From IMG/VR virus record IMGVR_UViG_3300018049_000008: a stretch of DNA of 64,000 nucleotides; one strand, given 5' to 3'. The number at the start of each line of letters is the position of its first letter. The first letter of the stretch is position 1. The DNA comes from an uncultured virus (IMG/VR IMGVR_UViG_3300018049_000008) (Duplodnaviria; Heunggongvirae; Uroviricota; Caudoviricetes). The notes beneath the pieces were generated by a model. That model saw only the letters and a list, made by a program, of their open reading frames with translations, was not told the origin of the DNA and made no database searches. The position numbers and the translations under genes are program-made. Positions 1 to 9,414 of this stretch are shown piece after piece.

Positions 1-7
1 GAAGGCA

Positions 8-2758
8 TTACTGTAACTTCTCACGCCAGAATATATTCCAATTTGTTCTGGAATTTTTCTTAACTGGTGCTCGGTCACCGTCACCGTCTTCGTTTGGATT
101 ATCCAAATGCTTAATCATAAATGTCCATGCTGCTCTTGGATTTGGATTACCGTATAACGCCAAACCAGTATAAGTCGGAGCAGTTGAACCTGATAAATCT
201 TCGTCAGCATCCATACCCAAATCAGTGTAACTAAGGGCATTGATCGAGGTCCAGTAATCTTTAGCGACACCTGCATCGGTACCATTTGATGTGATTGTAC
301 CAGCACCACCACCGTCTGTAGTAAATAATCCCAAGTAATCTACCTGCGCCGAACTTCTACCACAAATTGCCAGTGTGCCTGCTGTGCCACTTGTTGCTAC
401 TAATGTACCTGTTCCTGTACCCGCTCCGGTGGCAGTAAAGATAGTGCCCGGATTATTATCTGGTGCTCCAATAGCAGTGAAGTCAGTTGTGCCTCTTGTA
501 ACAATTTGATATTCAGCAGTAGTTGCTGCTGTCGCTGCAATTGCACCAGTAGTATCCACGTCTATCTTCAGAATAAACGCAGTTGCACCAGTAGGTGTTA
601 CGGTGAGTTTTTGCCCTAAATCTAAACTTAGACAATCATCTACATCAATAGTACGAGTCAAACGATCATCATCGATATCTGCTTGACTATTATATAACCA
701 AGCCTCGTTTCTATCTACATACGATATATAATGCCAATCCGCAGGATTATCTACTTGATCTACAGAAGCATACCCAGAAGCACCTGCTGTTTTAATATTT
801 GTGAAAGTTGTTGCAGTGCTAAATGCGTCACTGATTACTTGATCTCCATCAACCTCTCTGATTGCAACAGGTTGTTTATCTGCAAAATAGTGTATGCTGG
901 AACCATAAACTGGATCTGGACCTACTGCAACCACGACTTTGGCTTGTCCGGTGCCATAACGATCATCGGTGCTTGTCCATCCTGTCAAAGGTTGTAGTGC
1001 TCTTGACAACTTTTGGTCACTAAGATTTCTTACAGTACCGTATTGGAAATTGTCCGATAGTTCACTGAAGTTGAATTCCTTTGAACCGTCAATCACAAAT
1101 CTACCAATTTCTATTACGTGGGCTAAATGGTCACCTTCTTCATCAAAAAGAACAGTTGGGGTGCTTGGTTTGCTGTCGTCCCATTCGAACCCTCGCATTA
1201 TACAACCATAGAAAGCACGAATCTCTACAAGAGATGGGTCTCCGGTTTCTATCTCGTGATTATTTAACTGAAAAATAATTGGCTGATACACAGTGTGGTT
1301 TTCATCCCCGTTAGATAAAAACTGTTCGGGAGATAAAGTCATTGCATACTGTGTGCTGCTTTGACTGCTATATGTACCTGATTTTAACAGGGCGGGGAAC
1401 TGGCTGGAACTACCACTTCGAGTTTGTTTAGTTCTCCAATAAGGTTGAAGTTCTGGTTGACCCCATGTTTTTGTCTGTACATCAATACTAATTTGTTGAG
1501 CAGATTTTAATGGATCTGTTGATGCTTCAATGAATACACCAGCACCATAAGCATAAAATTCTGAACTACTACCAGCAGTTCCATAATTAGCCATTGCCCA
1601 ACACACAGGTCTATTGGGATTAGAAATCGGATGACTATTTTGAGTCATTGGACCTTCTTCTGCATTGCCATGAATCATTTCATGACATACAATGCGGTCA
1701 CCTCTATAGAATACACCCCAACGAGTTCTACCTCCTCCTAAGTATTGATAGTCAACCCAATACGTATTTATTTTTGTAACGTCTAATTGCATACCAGAGG
1801 GGTTTGTAGCACCACCAGTACCTAAGAGAGTGTCTTTGTTCCACTCATTTTGAAGTATTTCGTGATTACCCGTTGTACCATTGAATGTATAACGATGAAC
1901 AATTCTTAATGCTGAACCAGCGGCAGGTGTTACTGATACTGGCATACCCATTTGTGTTCTGCCACCTGGTGCTAAGTCCGATCCTTTTATTTGGAAAAAG
2001 TATCCATCTGTTGAATCAAATGCTCCCCAGTTTCGGGCAACATTTTCCTTTCCTGCATCACCACTTCTGGTAGCCATCACGAACAACATACTTGCACCAT
2101 CTTCTGTACTGTGAAACAGGTTTGATGTTTGTGTTACACGATCACCTTGATCTACGCCCACCGCAAGTTTTACACCACGAGTAACAGGATCCCATGTGTT
2201 ACTTACTGCTGAACCACCTTCTCGGGAGTTTACAAATTCGTTAGGTAAATTGCTTTTATTAAAATCATAAGTGGCCAATAGTCTAGCATCGTTAACTTTA
2301 AGTGAACCGAACCCAGTAAGCAGAGGTGGACCCTCCGCAAATGTAACAGGTCCAGAACCAAAACGATCAATGTTCCATCCATATTCCGGATTGTCATATC
2401 CCATAATGTTTTGTGCAGGGATATAAACATCATATGCAGTGTCAACTTGACCAACGTTTACACCGTCAAGCGAGATTAACGAATCGGCTTCCGGAACGTT
2501 GTTTTCCATCTTATTGGTTTGAGAGTAATGTATTGCAAGAATACCAGTGCCATCCTGACGGTCGTACACGCCATGAACGTGAACCATCCCAAATCCAGCA
2601 ACATCATATCTTTCACCTGTTTTCCAGTCGTGATTACCGTATGTTGCTGTTGGAGAATTACCGCCGTTCTTAAATTCAAGTTCCGCAGTGTGTATCATGT
2701 ACACACGGTCGCCAGTGCTCTCCGGTGGTATCCTAGTATATCTCTTTTCCCCTGCCAT
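8..2758 (-). CDS. Large putative virion structural protein (916 aa) with a lectin/concanavalin-like central region
   Basis: Long G/T/D/N-rich ORF in the late operon. Central WGAFDSTDGYFFQ...QNEWNKDTLLGTG..NPSG..LD.TK...YW.DYQYLG.G motif of a phage beta-sandwich family, and a YQIVTRGTTDFTAIGA..N..GTIFTATG module. GGAG RBS upstream; stop overlaps the next ATG (TAATG at 6-10). Confidence 0.6.
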   Translation of the reverse strand: MAGEKRYTRIPPESTGDRVYMIHTAELEFKNGGNSPTATYGNHDWKTGERYDVAGFGMVHVHGVYDRQDGTGILAIHYSQTNKMENNVPEADSLISLDGVNVGQVDTAYDVYIPAQNIMGYDNPEYGWNIDRFGSGPVTFAEGPPLLTGFGSLKVNDARLLATYDFNKSNLPNEFVNSREGGSAVSNTWDPVTRGVKLAVGVDQGDRVTQTSNLFHSTEDGASMLFVMATRSGDAGKENVARNWGAFDSTDGYFFQIKGSDLAPGGRTQMGMPVSVTPAAGSALRIVHRYTFNGTTGNHEILQNEWNKDTLLGTGGATNPSGMQLDVTKINTYWVDYQYLGGGRTRWGVFYRGDRIVCHEMIHGNAEEGPMTQNSHPISNPNRPVCWAMANYGTAGSSSEFYAYGAGVFIEASTDPLKSAQQISIDVQTKTWGQPELQPYWRTKQTRSGSSSQFPALLKSGTYSSQSSTQYAMTLSPEQFLSNGDENHTVYQPIIFQLNNHEIETGDPSLVEIRAFYGCIMRGFEWDDSKPSTPTVLFDEEGDHLAHVIEIGRFVIDGSKEFNFSELSDNFQYGTVRNLSDQKLSRALQPLTGWTSTDDRYGTGQAKVVVAVGPDPVYGSSIHYFADKQPVAIREVDGDQVISDAFSTATTFTNIKTAGASGYASVDQVDNPADWHYISYVDRNEAWLYNSQADIDDDRLTRTIDVDDCLSLDLGQKLTVTPTGATAFILKIDVDTTGAIAATAATTAEYQIVTRGTTDFTAIGAPDNNPGTIFTATGAGTGTGTLVATSGTAGTLAICGRSSAQVDYLGLFTTDGGGAGTITSNGTDAGVAKDYWTSINALSYTDLGMDADEDLSGSTAPTYTGLALYGNPNPRAAWTFMIKHLDNPNEDGDGDRAPVKKNSRTNWNIFWREKLQ

Positions 2759-2761
2759 TTA

Positions 2762-3307
2762 TTACTCCACTACTTTTGTGACTCGAACATGTGGCGTAAC
2801 ATTTTCTCTCGCTTGATCTATATCTGATGAACCAGAATTTTGAGCCAGCTGTTCTTTTATTTTTTGATCAATCACATCTTGTGTGATCTCTACTTTTTGA
2901 ACCGGTTTACGTTTTATAAGTTTAGTTATAATTCTACCCGTATCATCTTTAGCTACACCCCATTCTCGAGCATAGTTTTCCCAAGTCATAATACCGTCTA
3001 AAAACTGTGCTTCAATAGATTCAACAATAGCATTACCTTGATCATCAAAATCAGGATCGGCACCAACTTTTTCTGCCATTTGTTTTTGAGCACAAATCAT
3101 TTCTACCGCAGGTAGATTTCTAATTGCATGAATAACTTTGTATTCACCTTGTACAATTACTACATCCCAAATTTCTGGAAAATCTGCCCAATGAAATCCT
3201 TTTTCATCTAGCATTGGTTGTAAAGTTTCAACAACTTCAGGAAAAACCGGAGGCTTTCCGTTTTTCATTTTATAGGCAGTATTTCTAATTTCGTATCTCG
3301 TAAACAT
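2762..3307 (-). CDS. Hypothetical protein (181 aa) with two internal W-x-(D/N)-(F/Y)-x3-W-x-V motifs
   Basis: ORF with GAGG RBS, packed between neighbours on the coding strand; HWADFPEIWDV and TWENYAREWGV repeats. Confidence 0.7.
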   Translation of the reverse strand: MFTRYEIRNTAYKMKNGKPPVFPEVVETLQPMLDEKGFHWADFPEIWDVVIVQGEYKVIHAIRNLPAVEMICAQKQMAEKVGADPDFDDQGNAIVESIEAQFLDGIMTWENYAREWGVAKDDTGRIITKLIKRKPVQKVEITQDVIDQKIKEQLAQNSGSSDIDQARENVTPHVRVTKVVE

Positions 3308-3324
3308 TATAATTCCTCAGAAAT

Positions 3325-3343
3325 GGGGGACGAAATGTCCCCC
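3325..3343 (-). terminator. GC-rich hairpin, probable intrinsic terminator or processing stem
   Basis: Minus strand GGGGGAC-ATTTC-GTCCCCC followed by ATTTCT, just after the stop of 3360..5429. Confidence 0.55.
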
Positions 3344-3359
3344 GTCACATAGTTATTTA

Positions 3360-5429
3360 TTATACACTGCCAGGATCGTAGTTTCTCTCGAGTGGAGCAA
3401 CTAACGATACTGTTAAGTCACCTCGTTGAATAACCTGATCATCAACTTTTACATATTGCGCCGTATCTAGACCGATAGCAACAACAACAATCGGTGCATC
3501 TGTTGCAGCAGTAGAAGCACCTCGTTGAATATTCGAATCATATGCGAAGTTAAAGGTTTCAGTAGCTTGTGTAATATTACCTGCAATATCAGCGTTACCA
3601 TTATCTTTTACAAGCAATGCATCCTTCGTACCGAAATCACGACCAGTATTATCGCCCGGTGCATCATCGTTCAAGAAGAATACACGGAAGATACCATCGC
3701 CATCATTAACAAGGTTTGAGTTAAAACTCAATGTCAATGTAGAAACGAATGGGAATGTCAAGTTCTGGAATTCAGCAGGTGATGCTAGAGATGTACCACT
3801 TACTGTGCCAGATTCTACCGTTGTGGATGATTGATCATATGTAAATGTATTCGCATCGGGAACTGTTGTAATTTCATAATTACCAGTAAATGCATCTCCA
3901 GCTGAAGTTACATTAGTAATAGTAATATAATCACCATTTGCAAAACCATGATCTGCCGTAGTATCAACAGTAACTTGACCATTTGCTACACGACCAATAA
4001 CTGAAATTACAGCTGAATCATTTTCTTCAGATCCATAACCCCAGAAATGCAATCTGTTCTGGTCAGCATCTGCATAATCAGTAATATATACACCTTCGAA
4101 GTCTTGTGATCCGGGTACGTCAGCTTGACCAAGAGTATACAGATCGTCACCAATAAATCGTGCCTTCAATGGTGTAATATCACCACGACGAACACCTGTT
4201 TGTGAAGTATTGGTATTAATGTCACTTGTCTTCTTCAGCTGAGCCTGAATCCACGTGTAGATTGTTTCAGCAGAAGGATTTGGCGTAATATTATTTGCGA
4301 CATCGGCATCAATATTTACGGTGAAGTAAGCTTCTGGAACTGATACACCAGTTGTATCAAATGTATCATTGAATCCAGTTTGCTGCGTATTATCTGCAGT
4401 ATTTGCCCAAGACATTGACATATTATTGAAATATGTACCGGAAACATTACCAGAAGTTTCGTCTGCATTAGCGTTAGTTTCTGTAAATGTAAATGTAGTC
4501 GCGCCTGTAGTTGTAATAGCATTGTTTGTACTATTAAAGTTAGTAGTACCTGTTACGTCTACATAATCACCATTTGCAAGACCGTGATTTCCTCCAGTTG
4601 TTACTGTAACTGTGCCGTTAGAGCTGTTACCAGTAATATTAGAAAGAGCAATATCATCACCAGATGCTGCAGCCTGTGATGCAGTAATCTTAACGTCGGA
4701 TGAATTCACAAGTGGGAAACGATATGCTTGATACGTAACACCGTCTGCAGCACCAATATCTTCCAAGTCCGTTTGTGAATACGTCTTACCAAATGTACGT
4801 ACAAACACTTCGAGGAAAGAAGATAAATTACTATCTGGTGTACCATCAGCGTTCGTATCAGTATAAAATTGAATCGCCTGATTTACACGACCTTCTAGAA
4901 GAAAATCTGTAGGAGCAGTCGTCGTATCATTAACTTGACGATAATAAACTTGGTCATTTGAGTCCAATTCGCCCAGTGTGATAACGTTTACCCAGCGCTC
5001 TGAGTCGTTAGTACCGGGACCTTGATTGACAGCCCAGCCACCAGTACGAATTAAATAAGGGGTAGTTACACCTGTACCATCATCGCCAGTACCAGAAGTA
5101 ACTGTATCTTCCAATTTCCAACCATTCGTAAATTCAAACTGTTCGTCCGTAATTGGAGTCATTGGAAATGGGAATTTGATCAGATTAGCATCAGCCTTCC
5201 ATCGATCTTTGAGGAATGAATAAAGACACTTAAGTGTCAAACCTGCTTCTTTCATATCATTTGACGCATCAATAGCTACCTGAATTGTACGCTCAGAACC
5301 TAACGTACCTGCAGGTGTAGTATCGATGAAAATTTCTGACGTCGCAGCACGTGTCTCCGTCGTCAATTTCACTGTAGCAGATAGTGCATCGGGATCAGTG
5401 ATTACTTCACTGGGAACGAATACTGCCAT
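3360..5429 (-). CDS. Putative virion structural protein (689 aa) with two small beta-barrel modules (TVTVTT..HG..GD.V.I type)
   Basis: T/D/N/G-rich ORF with AGGAG RBS and a TATAAATA late promoter upstream; C-terminus RNYDPGSV. Confidence 0.7.
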   Translation of the reverse strand: MAVFVPSEVITDPDALSATVKLTTETRAATSEIFIDTTPAGTLGSERTIQVAIDASNDMKEAGLTLKCLYSFLKDRWKADANLIKFPFPMTPITDEQFEFTNGWKLEDTVTSGTGDDGTGVTTPYLIRTGGWAVNQGPGTNDSERWVNVITLGELDSNDQVYYRQVNDTTTAPTDFLLEGRVNQAIQFYTDTNADGTPDSNLSSFLEVFVRTFGKTYSQTDLEDIGAADGVTYQAYRFPLVNSSDVKITASQAAASGDDIALSNITGNSSNGTVTVTTGGNHGLANGDYVDVTGTTNFNSTNNAITTTGATTFTFTETNANADETSGNVSGTYFNNMSMSWANTADNTQQTGFNDTFDTTGVSVPEAYFTVNIDADVANNITPNPSAETIYTWIQAQLKKTSDINTNTSQTGVRRGDITPLKARFIGDDLYTLGQADVPGSQDFEGVYITDYADADQNRLHFWGYGSEENDSAVISVIGRVANGQVTVDTTADHGFANGDYITITNVTSAGDAFTGNYEITTVPDANTFTYDQSSTTVESGTVSGTSLASPAEFQNLTFPFVSTLTLSFNSNLVNDGDGIFRVFFLNDDAPGDNTGRDFGTKDALLVKDNGNADIAGNITQATETFNFAYDSNIQRGASTAATDAPIVVVAIGLDTAQYVKVDDQVIQRGDLTVSLVAPLERNYDPGSV

Positions 5430-5467
5430 TGTGGTTTTCTCCTATTAAGAGGGGTTATTGTTCTAGT

Positions 5468-5475
5468 TATTTATA
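5468..5475 (-). promoter_or_regulatory. T4-type late promoter TATAAATA
   Basis: Exact TATAAATA on the minus strand in the intergenic gap, about 40 nt upstream of the ATG at 5429. Confidence 0.8.
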
Positions 5476-5477
5476 CT

Positions 5478-7874
5478 CTAAACACTTCCAGCATCGTATT
5501 GCCTATCAGCAATTTGATTAACTTGCAAAGTTGAATTGGTAGATACTAAAGTAGTTTCTAATCTTTGATATTGATATTCAAGTGAATGTGCTACTACATA
5601 TATATCTGTATCAGATGTATATACATACGTATATTTAATATCATATAGTCCTGTTGTCGCATCAGGATGCGAACCAGCCACAGCTGTGAACGCAGTATCA
5701 TATGAAGCTGTATTACCAACTGATTCAACACCACCTAATGGAGACAGAGCTGGATCTGTGAACAATCTAACTTCGGTATCTTCATGCAAATTACTAATTA
5801 TAAATTCTACAACTGTTGGTGAATTGAATAATGCGCCACTATCAGAAGTAAAGAAATCTACTTCTGTTGCTAGCAAACCGCGTATATAGACGCCTTCAGT
5901 TTTTGTAACATTTCGTTTAGTTGATAACTCATTATTTTCTTTAAACACCATATGAGTGTGTTCAGTGCCATTAAACTCCATCACTGATGCTGTATAAGTA
6001 TTAGAAGTTTGGGTATCAAGTGCTGCGAATTGATAATCGTAAATTGCTCTAATATCAGTATTTGATGCTGCAGTAGGATCATACTCCCATGTATATTCTT
6101 GATATAAAGAAGCAGTATCTGTCGTAGCTGTAAAACCAGTACCTGTCAATGATTCGTTATCACCAAATTCAGTACCATTCCAGTTTTCAACTAACACAAA
6201 TCCACTCGTAACATCAGAAATAAATGTAGTATCAAAGAATTCTACCACATCTCCAGTTGCACCACCACCTGCGGTTAATGTCGTTCCAGCTGATGGCAAA
6301 GTACCAGAGCCACCATCATATGCTAGTAATTTCATTGGTTGTGTATCAGTTTCACCGGCGCCGTGTCGAGTAATCACCGCGCCGCTTCCTTCTGATTCAG
6401 CGGTGGCTTGAGTTGCCTGTGTTATTTCTGGATCAGCAACAGAGGTAAAAGAAAAATCCCAACCTTCATTTCTACCTACTGGGCTCAGCAATCCTGTATC
6501 TAATGGTATATCACCGTACTCATATATTTTTACAGCATAATTATTAAAGTTTTGTGTATTTACAGTGGTGCCTGACGTATACGTATATGTATTAGCAGTG
6601 ATAGAAGAGTTAGCAACACCATCTGTACCAAAAACCTGAGGACTGCCGATTTGGCCGTCTGTTTGCAGAGCTTCATATCTTCTATATCGAGCATCTACTG
6701 GAGACTGATTGATATCTTGTACTGATAGATTTAATCTAAGTGCTCTATCAATAGACGATGTAGTACTTAATGCTCTAAATACATCTCCACCATTTGATAC
6801 TAAATTTAAATCAGGTGGGTTACTACTATATAGACAATCAATTGCAGTAATACCGACTGCAGAGCTTGTATCATTAAAATTTCCAACACAGTTAATAAAT
6901 TTACAATTTCTTAGTGTAGCACCGCCACCAAATGGAAATGCTAATCCACTTAATGTGTTAAAGATAACATTTTCAAACGGTCCTGTACTACCACCACCAA
7001 AGTTATCCATTGTTTCCACTGAAGATGTTGTATTATCTGAACCTGTAATACTAACATCTTTTATATCAAATCCAGCACCACTTAAAGACAAGCTATTTGT
7101 CAAATTTGCAATAAACACATTCTCAAATTCACTATATTCTGTAGGAACAACTACAGTATCACCAGTATATACGATACTATTTAAATCTGCTACGGGTGCA
7201 ATCAAGGAAGTATTATAGATTTGCATTGAACATGTATTAGCCATTTCAAATGCGTTTTCGCCGTCAGATGCACTGAGAAATAGTATTGTACCACCTGATA
7301 CTGGTGTATCTGCAACTTTAAATCCACTTTGAAAACGTGATCGTTGGCCAATAATAAGACCAGTACCTGCTGCGCCAGCATCATTAATTTCAAATAATTC
7401 TGAATCAAGTACGGCTAACCAAGGAAAAGTGCCGGCTGCGGGTTGAGCGGTAGGATCACCAATTAATAAATTTCTACCGGCTTCAAATACTCCGGTTCGA
7501 GTTCGATATGTATAACCTGTTGCGGTTGATACATCTTCGGCTCTGTAACAAAATTGAATTTCGTCGTTTTGTGCAGGTTCTTCACCCGAAGCAAATGCTT
7601 CTGATACTGTTAAAATTCGAGTTGTGCCAGTTCCTGCAGTATCAGCTGTAACGCGTCTAGTAACTTCTGTACTTGTGTGTGGCCTAATACATACCAATCT
7701 ACCAACATATGTAGAACCCGGACCAAAAGTTCCAGCTCCGATATCACCGTTGTTTAGGTTTGCAAAAGTATCAGATACGACAAATTCAAATGTAGTTGTC
7801 GCTTGTGTTTGAGCAGGAGCAGTATCATTTGCAGCAGACGAATCGACAACAATTGGGTTTCCTCCGATAGCCAT
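5478..7874 (-). CDS. Putative virion structural / spike-like protein (798 aa), probable beta-helix region
   Basis: T/S/G/N-rich; central F.NV.F / LRNCKFINC periodicity suggests a parallel beta-helix; C-terminus RQYDAGSV; TAATG-coupled to the upstream ORF. Confidence 0.6.
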   Translation of the reverse strand: MAIGGNPIVVDSSAANDTAPAQTQATTTFEFVVSDTFANLNNGDIGAGTFGPGSTYVGRLVCIRPHTSTEVTRRVTADTAGTGTTRILTVSEAFASGEEPAQNDEIQFCYRAEDVSTATGYTYRTRTGVFEAGRNLLIGDPTAQPAAGTFPWLAVLDSELFEINDAGAAGTGLIIGQRSRFQSGFKVADTPVSGGTILFLSASDGENAFEMANTCSMQIYNTSLIAPVADLNSIVYTGDTVVVPTEYSEFENVFIANLTNSLSLSGAGFDIKDVSITGSDNTTSSVETMDNFGGGSTGPFENVIFNTLSGLAFPFGGGATLRNCKFINCVGNFNDTSSAVGITAIDCLYSSNPPDLNLVSNGGDVFRALSTTSSIDRALRLNLSVQDINQSPVDARYRRYEALQTDGQIGSPQVFGTDGVANSSITANTYTYTSGTTVNTQNFNNYAVKIYEYGDIPLDTGLLSPVGRNEGWDFSFTSVADPEITQATQATAESEGSGAVITRHGAGETDTQPMKLLAYDGGSGTLPSAGTTLTAGGGATGDVVEFFDTTFISDVTSGFVLVENWNGTEFGDNESLTGTGFTATTDTASLYQEYTWEYDPTAASNTDIRAIYDYQFAALDTQTSNTYTASVMEFNGTEHTHMVFKENNELSTKRNVTKTEGVYIRGLLATEVDFFTSDSGALFNSPTVVEFIISNLHEDTEVRLFTDPALSPLGGVESVGNTASYDTAFTAVAGSHPDATTGLYDIKYTYVYTSDTDIYVVAHSLEYQYQRLETTLVSTNSTLQVNQIADRQYDAGSV

Positions 7875-8260
7875 TAGACACTACACCTTACTAAAAATCC
7901 ATTTGCTATAAAAGTATTTTCAGATGAAATAACATCTGTAACTATTTTATTTTTTTCAATTTCCCATGATTGTACAACTTTACTACCAGAATTTAGCGTA
8001 TCTCCAATAACAATGTCTGTTGCTAATTTCCATCCATCGTCAGTGTATATTTCTTGTGTAGTTCCATACTGATGTAATGTGTCATCAGTATAATAAAAAA
8101 TAATTTGATCTGCTAGTTTTACAGTATTACCAGTGACAGTTGCTTCTACATCTGCTAATGTATCATAGTTTTTTGTTTTAATGACATCACCGATTGAAAT
8201 GCTAGCGATTTCTTTTTGTGTATCGTCATTGAGAGTTGTTAAACAATTTGGATTACACAT
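7874..8260 (-). CDS. Stand-alone degenerate Hint (intein-like) domain protein (128 aa)
   Basis: K.I..I.IGD.I, IYT..GW..A.DI.IGD.L and NTFIANGFLV blocks align with Hint blocks A, B and G and with the Hint at 44804-45232; catalytic residues are absent. Confidence 0.7.
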   Translation of the reverse strand: MCNPNCLTTLNDDTQKEIASISIGDVIKTKNYDTLADVEATVTGNTVKLADQIIFYYTDDTLHQYGTTQEIYTDDGWKLATDIVIGDTLNSGSKVVQSWEIEKNKIVTDVISSENTFIANGFLVRCSV

Positions 8261-9414
8261 TAGTTGTACTCGTACGTTGCTCGATTGTCCCAGATAAGTT
8301 CTGTATTGGCAGTATTATTTGCCCATATGATTTCAATATCATCGCCTATTTCATAGACTCTTTTAATTCTCCATACCGCCGCATCACGAGCAGAGCCCGG
8401 TGCTGCTTCACCGATATAAGTGAAATCACCTTCTTGATCAACTAATTTATCGTATTGCACTTCTAATGCCGTCCCAATATTTAATTCTAATCTGTCTATA
8501 ATAGCGCTAAATGATTCTGATACAAATTTCTTTATACTTGCATCAAATATTAAAATAGCATCGCCTTCGACTTCATGTCTCTTTTGAAACTGAACGTCAT
8601 CCATCTGTAGGATATTTACCGAACCACCACCAGCAGATGACGCCCATTTATTAGAAATTTGTGTATCAATAAATTTCTTATGCTTCTCAATAGTATCAGA
8701 TACTTCTTTTGTAAGTTTTGCTTTAAACTCAGTTAGATCTTGTAATTGAGTAGCATCTAATTGCTCTTGTAAATTCTTTTGTTGTGTATCTAAATAATTT
8801 TTAGCATCATCAAATAAAGTATTGATTTGTTCTTTTATTTGTTCGTGATCTGCGTCTTGGCCATCTTTGCCATCCTTGCCCGGCGGACCTTGTTCTCCCG
8901 AATCGCCTTTATCGCCTTTTTCTCCTTGAGGTCCGATCGGTCCTGCAATTCCTGTAGCGCCAGTTGGGCCGACGTCACCCTTTTCACCTTTTTCTCCCTG
9001 AGCGCCGCGTTGTCCATCTGCTCCGCGTTCTCCTTGCGGACCTTGCGGACCTTGCTCACCAATTGGACCAATCTCTCCTTGAATCCCTTGTGGTCCTTGT
9101 GGGCCCTGTTCTCCTTGAATGCCTTGTAAGCCAGTTTCGCCCCGCTCACCAGCTGGTCCAATTTCTCCGGTTTCTCCTTGTATTCCTTGCTCACCAGTTT
9201 CTCCTTTTTCTCCACGAGGTCCGGGTAGACCTTGTGGGCCCATCGGACCGGTTTTTCCAGTTAGGCCTTGTGGGCCTTGTTCTCCATCAAGACCCATAGG
9301 GCCGCGGGTTTGAACTTCTTCTAATACATCGAAGATTTTATCTTCTAATTTTTTTGCTTCCTTCTTCGCTGTAGCGATAGCGAATGAGGTTACAATCGGA
9401 TCAATATTATTCAT
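8260..9414 (-). CDS. Collagen-like triple-helix fibre protein (384 aa)
   Basis: 50 uninterrupted Gly-X-Y triplets (GPM...GQD), then a coiled coil and a C-terminal YIGEA.PG....A.WRIKR...W..R..Y.Y domain. Confidence 0.9.
   Translation of the reverse strand: MNNIDPIVTSFAIATAKKEAKKLEDKIFDVLEEVQTRGPMGLDGEQGPQGLTGKTGPMGPQGLPGPRGEKGETGEQGIQGETGEIGPAGERGETGLQGIQGEQGPQGPQGIQGEIGPIGEQGPQGPQGERGADGQRGAQGEKGEKGDVGPTGATGIAGPIGPQGEKGDKGDSGEQGPPGKDGKDGQDADHEQIKEQINTLFDDAKNYLDTQQKNLQEQLDATQLQDLTEFKAKLTKEVSDTIEKHKKFIDTQISNKWASSAGGGSVNILQMDDVQFQKRHEVEGDAILIFDASIKKFVSESFSAIIDRLELNIGTALEVQYDKLVDQEGDFTYIGEAAPGSARDAAVWRIKRVYEIGDDIEIIWANNTANTELIWDNRATYEYN

Noticed and set aside
8260..9414. Collagen-like protein as the main substrate of the prolyl-hydroxylase-like enzyme
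   Set aside because: Pro is almost always in the X position (GPQ, GPM, GPI), as in prokaryotic collagens that do not need hydroxyproline, and the gene lies more than 20 kb from the enzymes. Not excluded, but unsupported.
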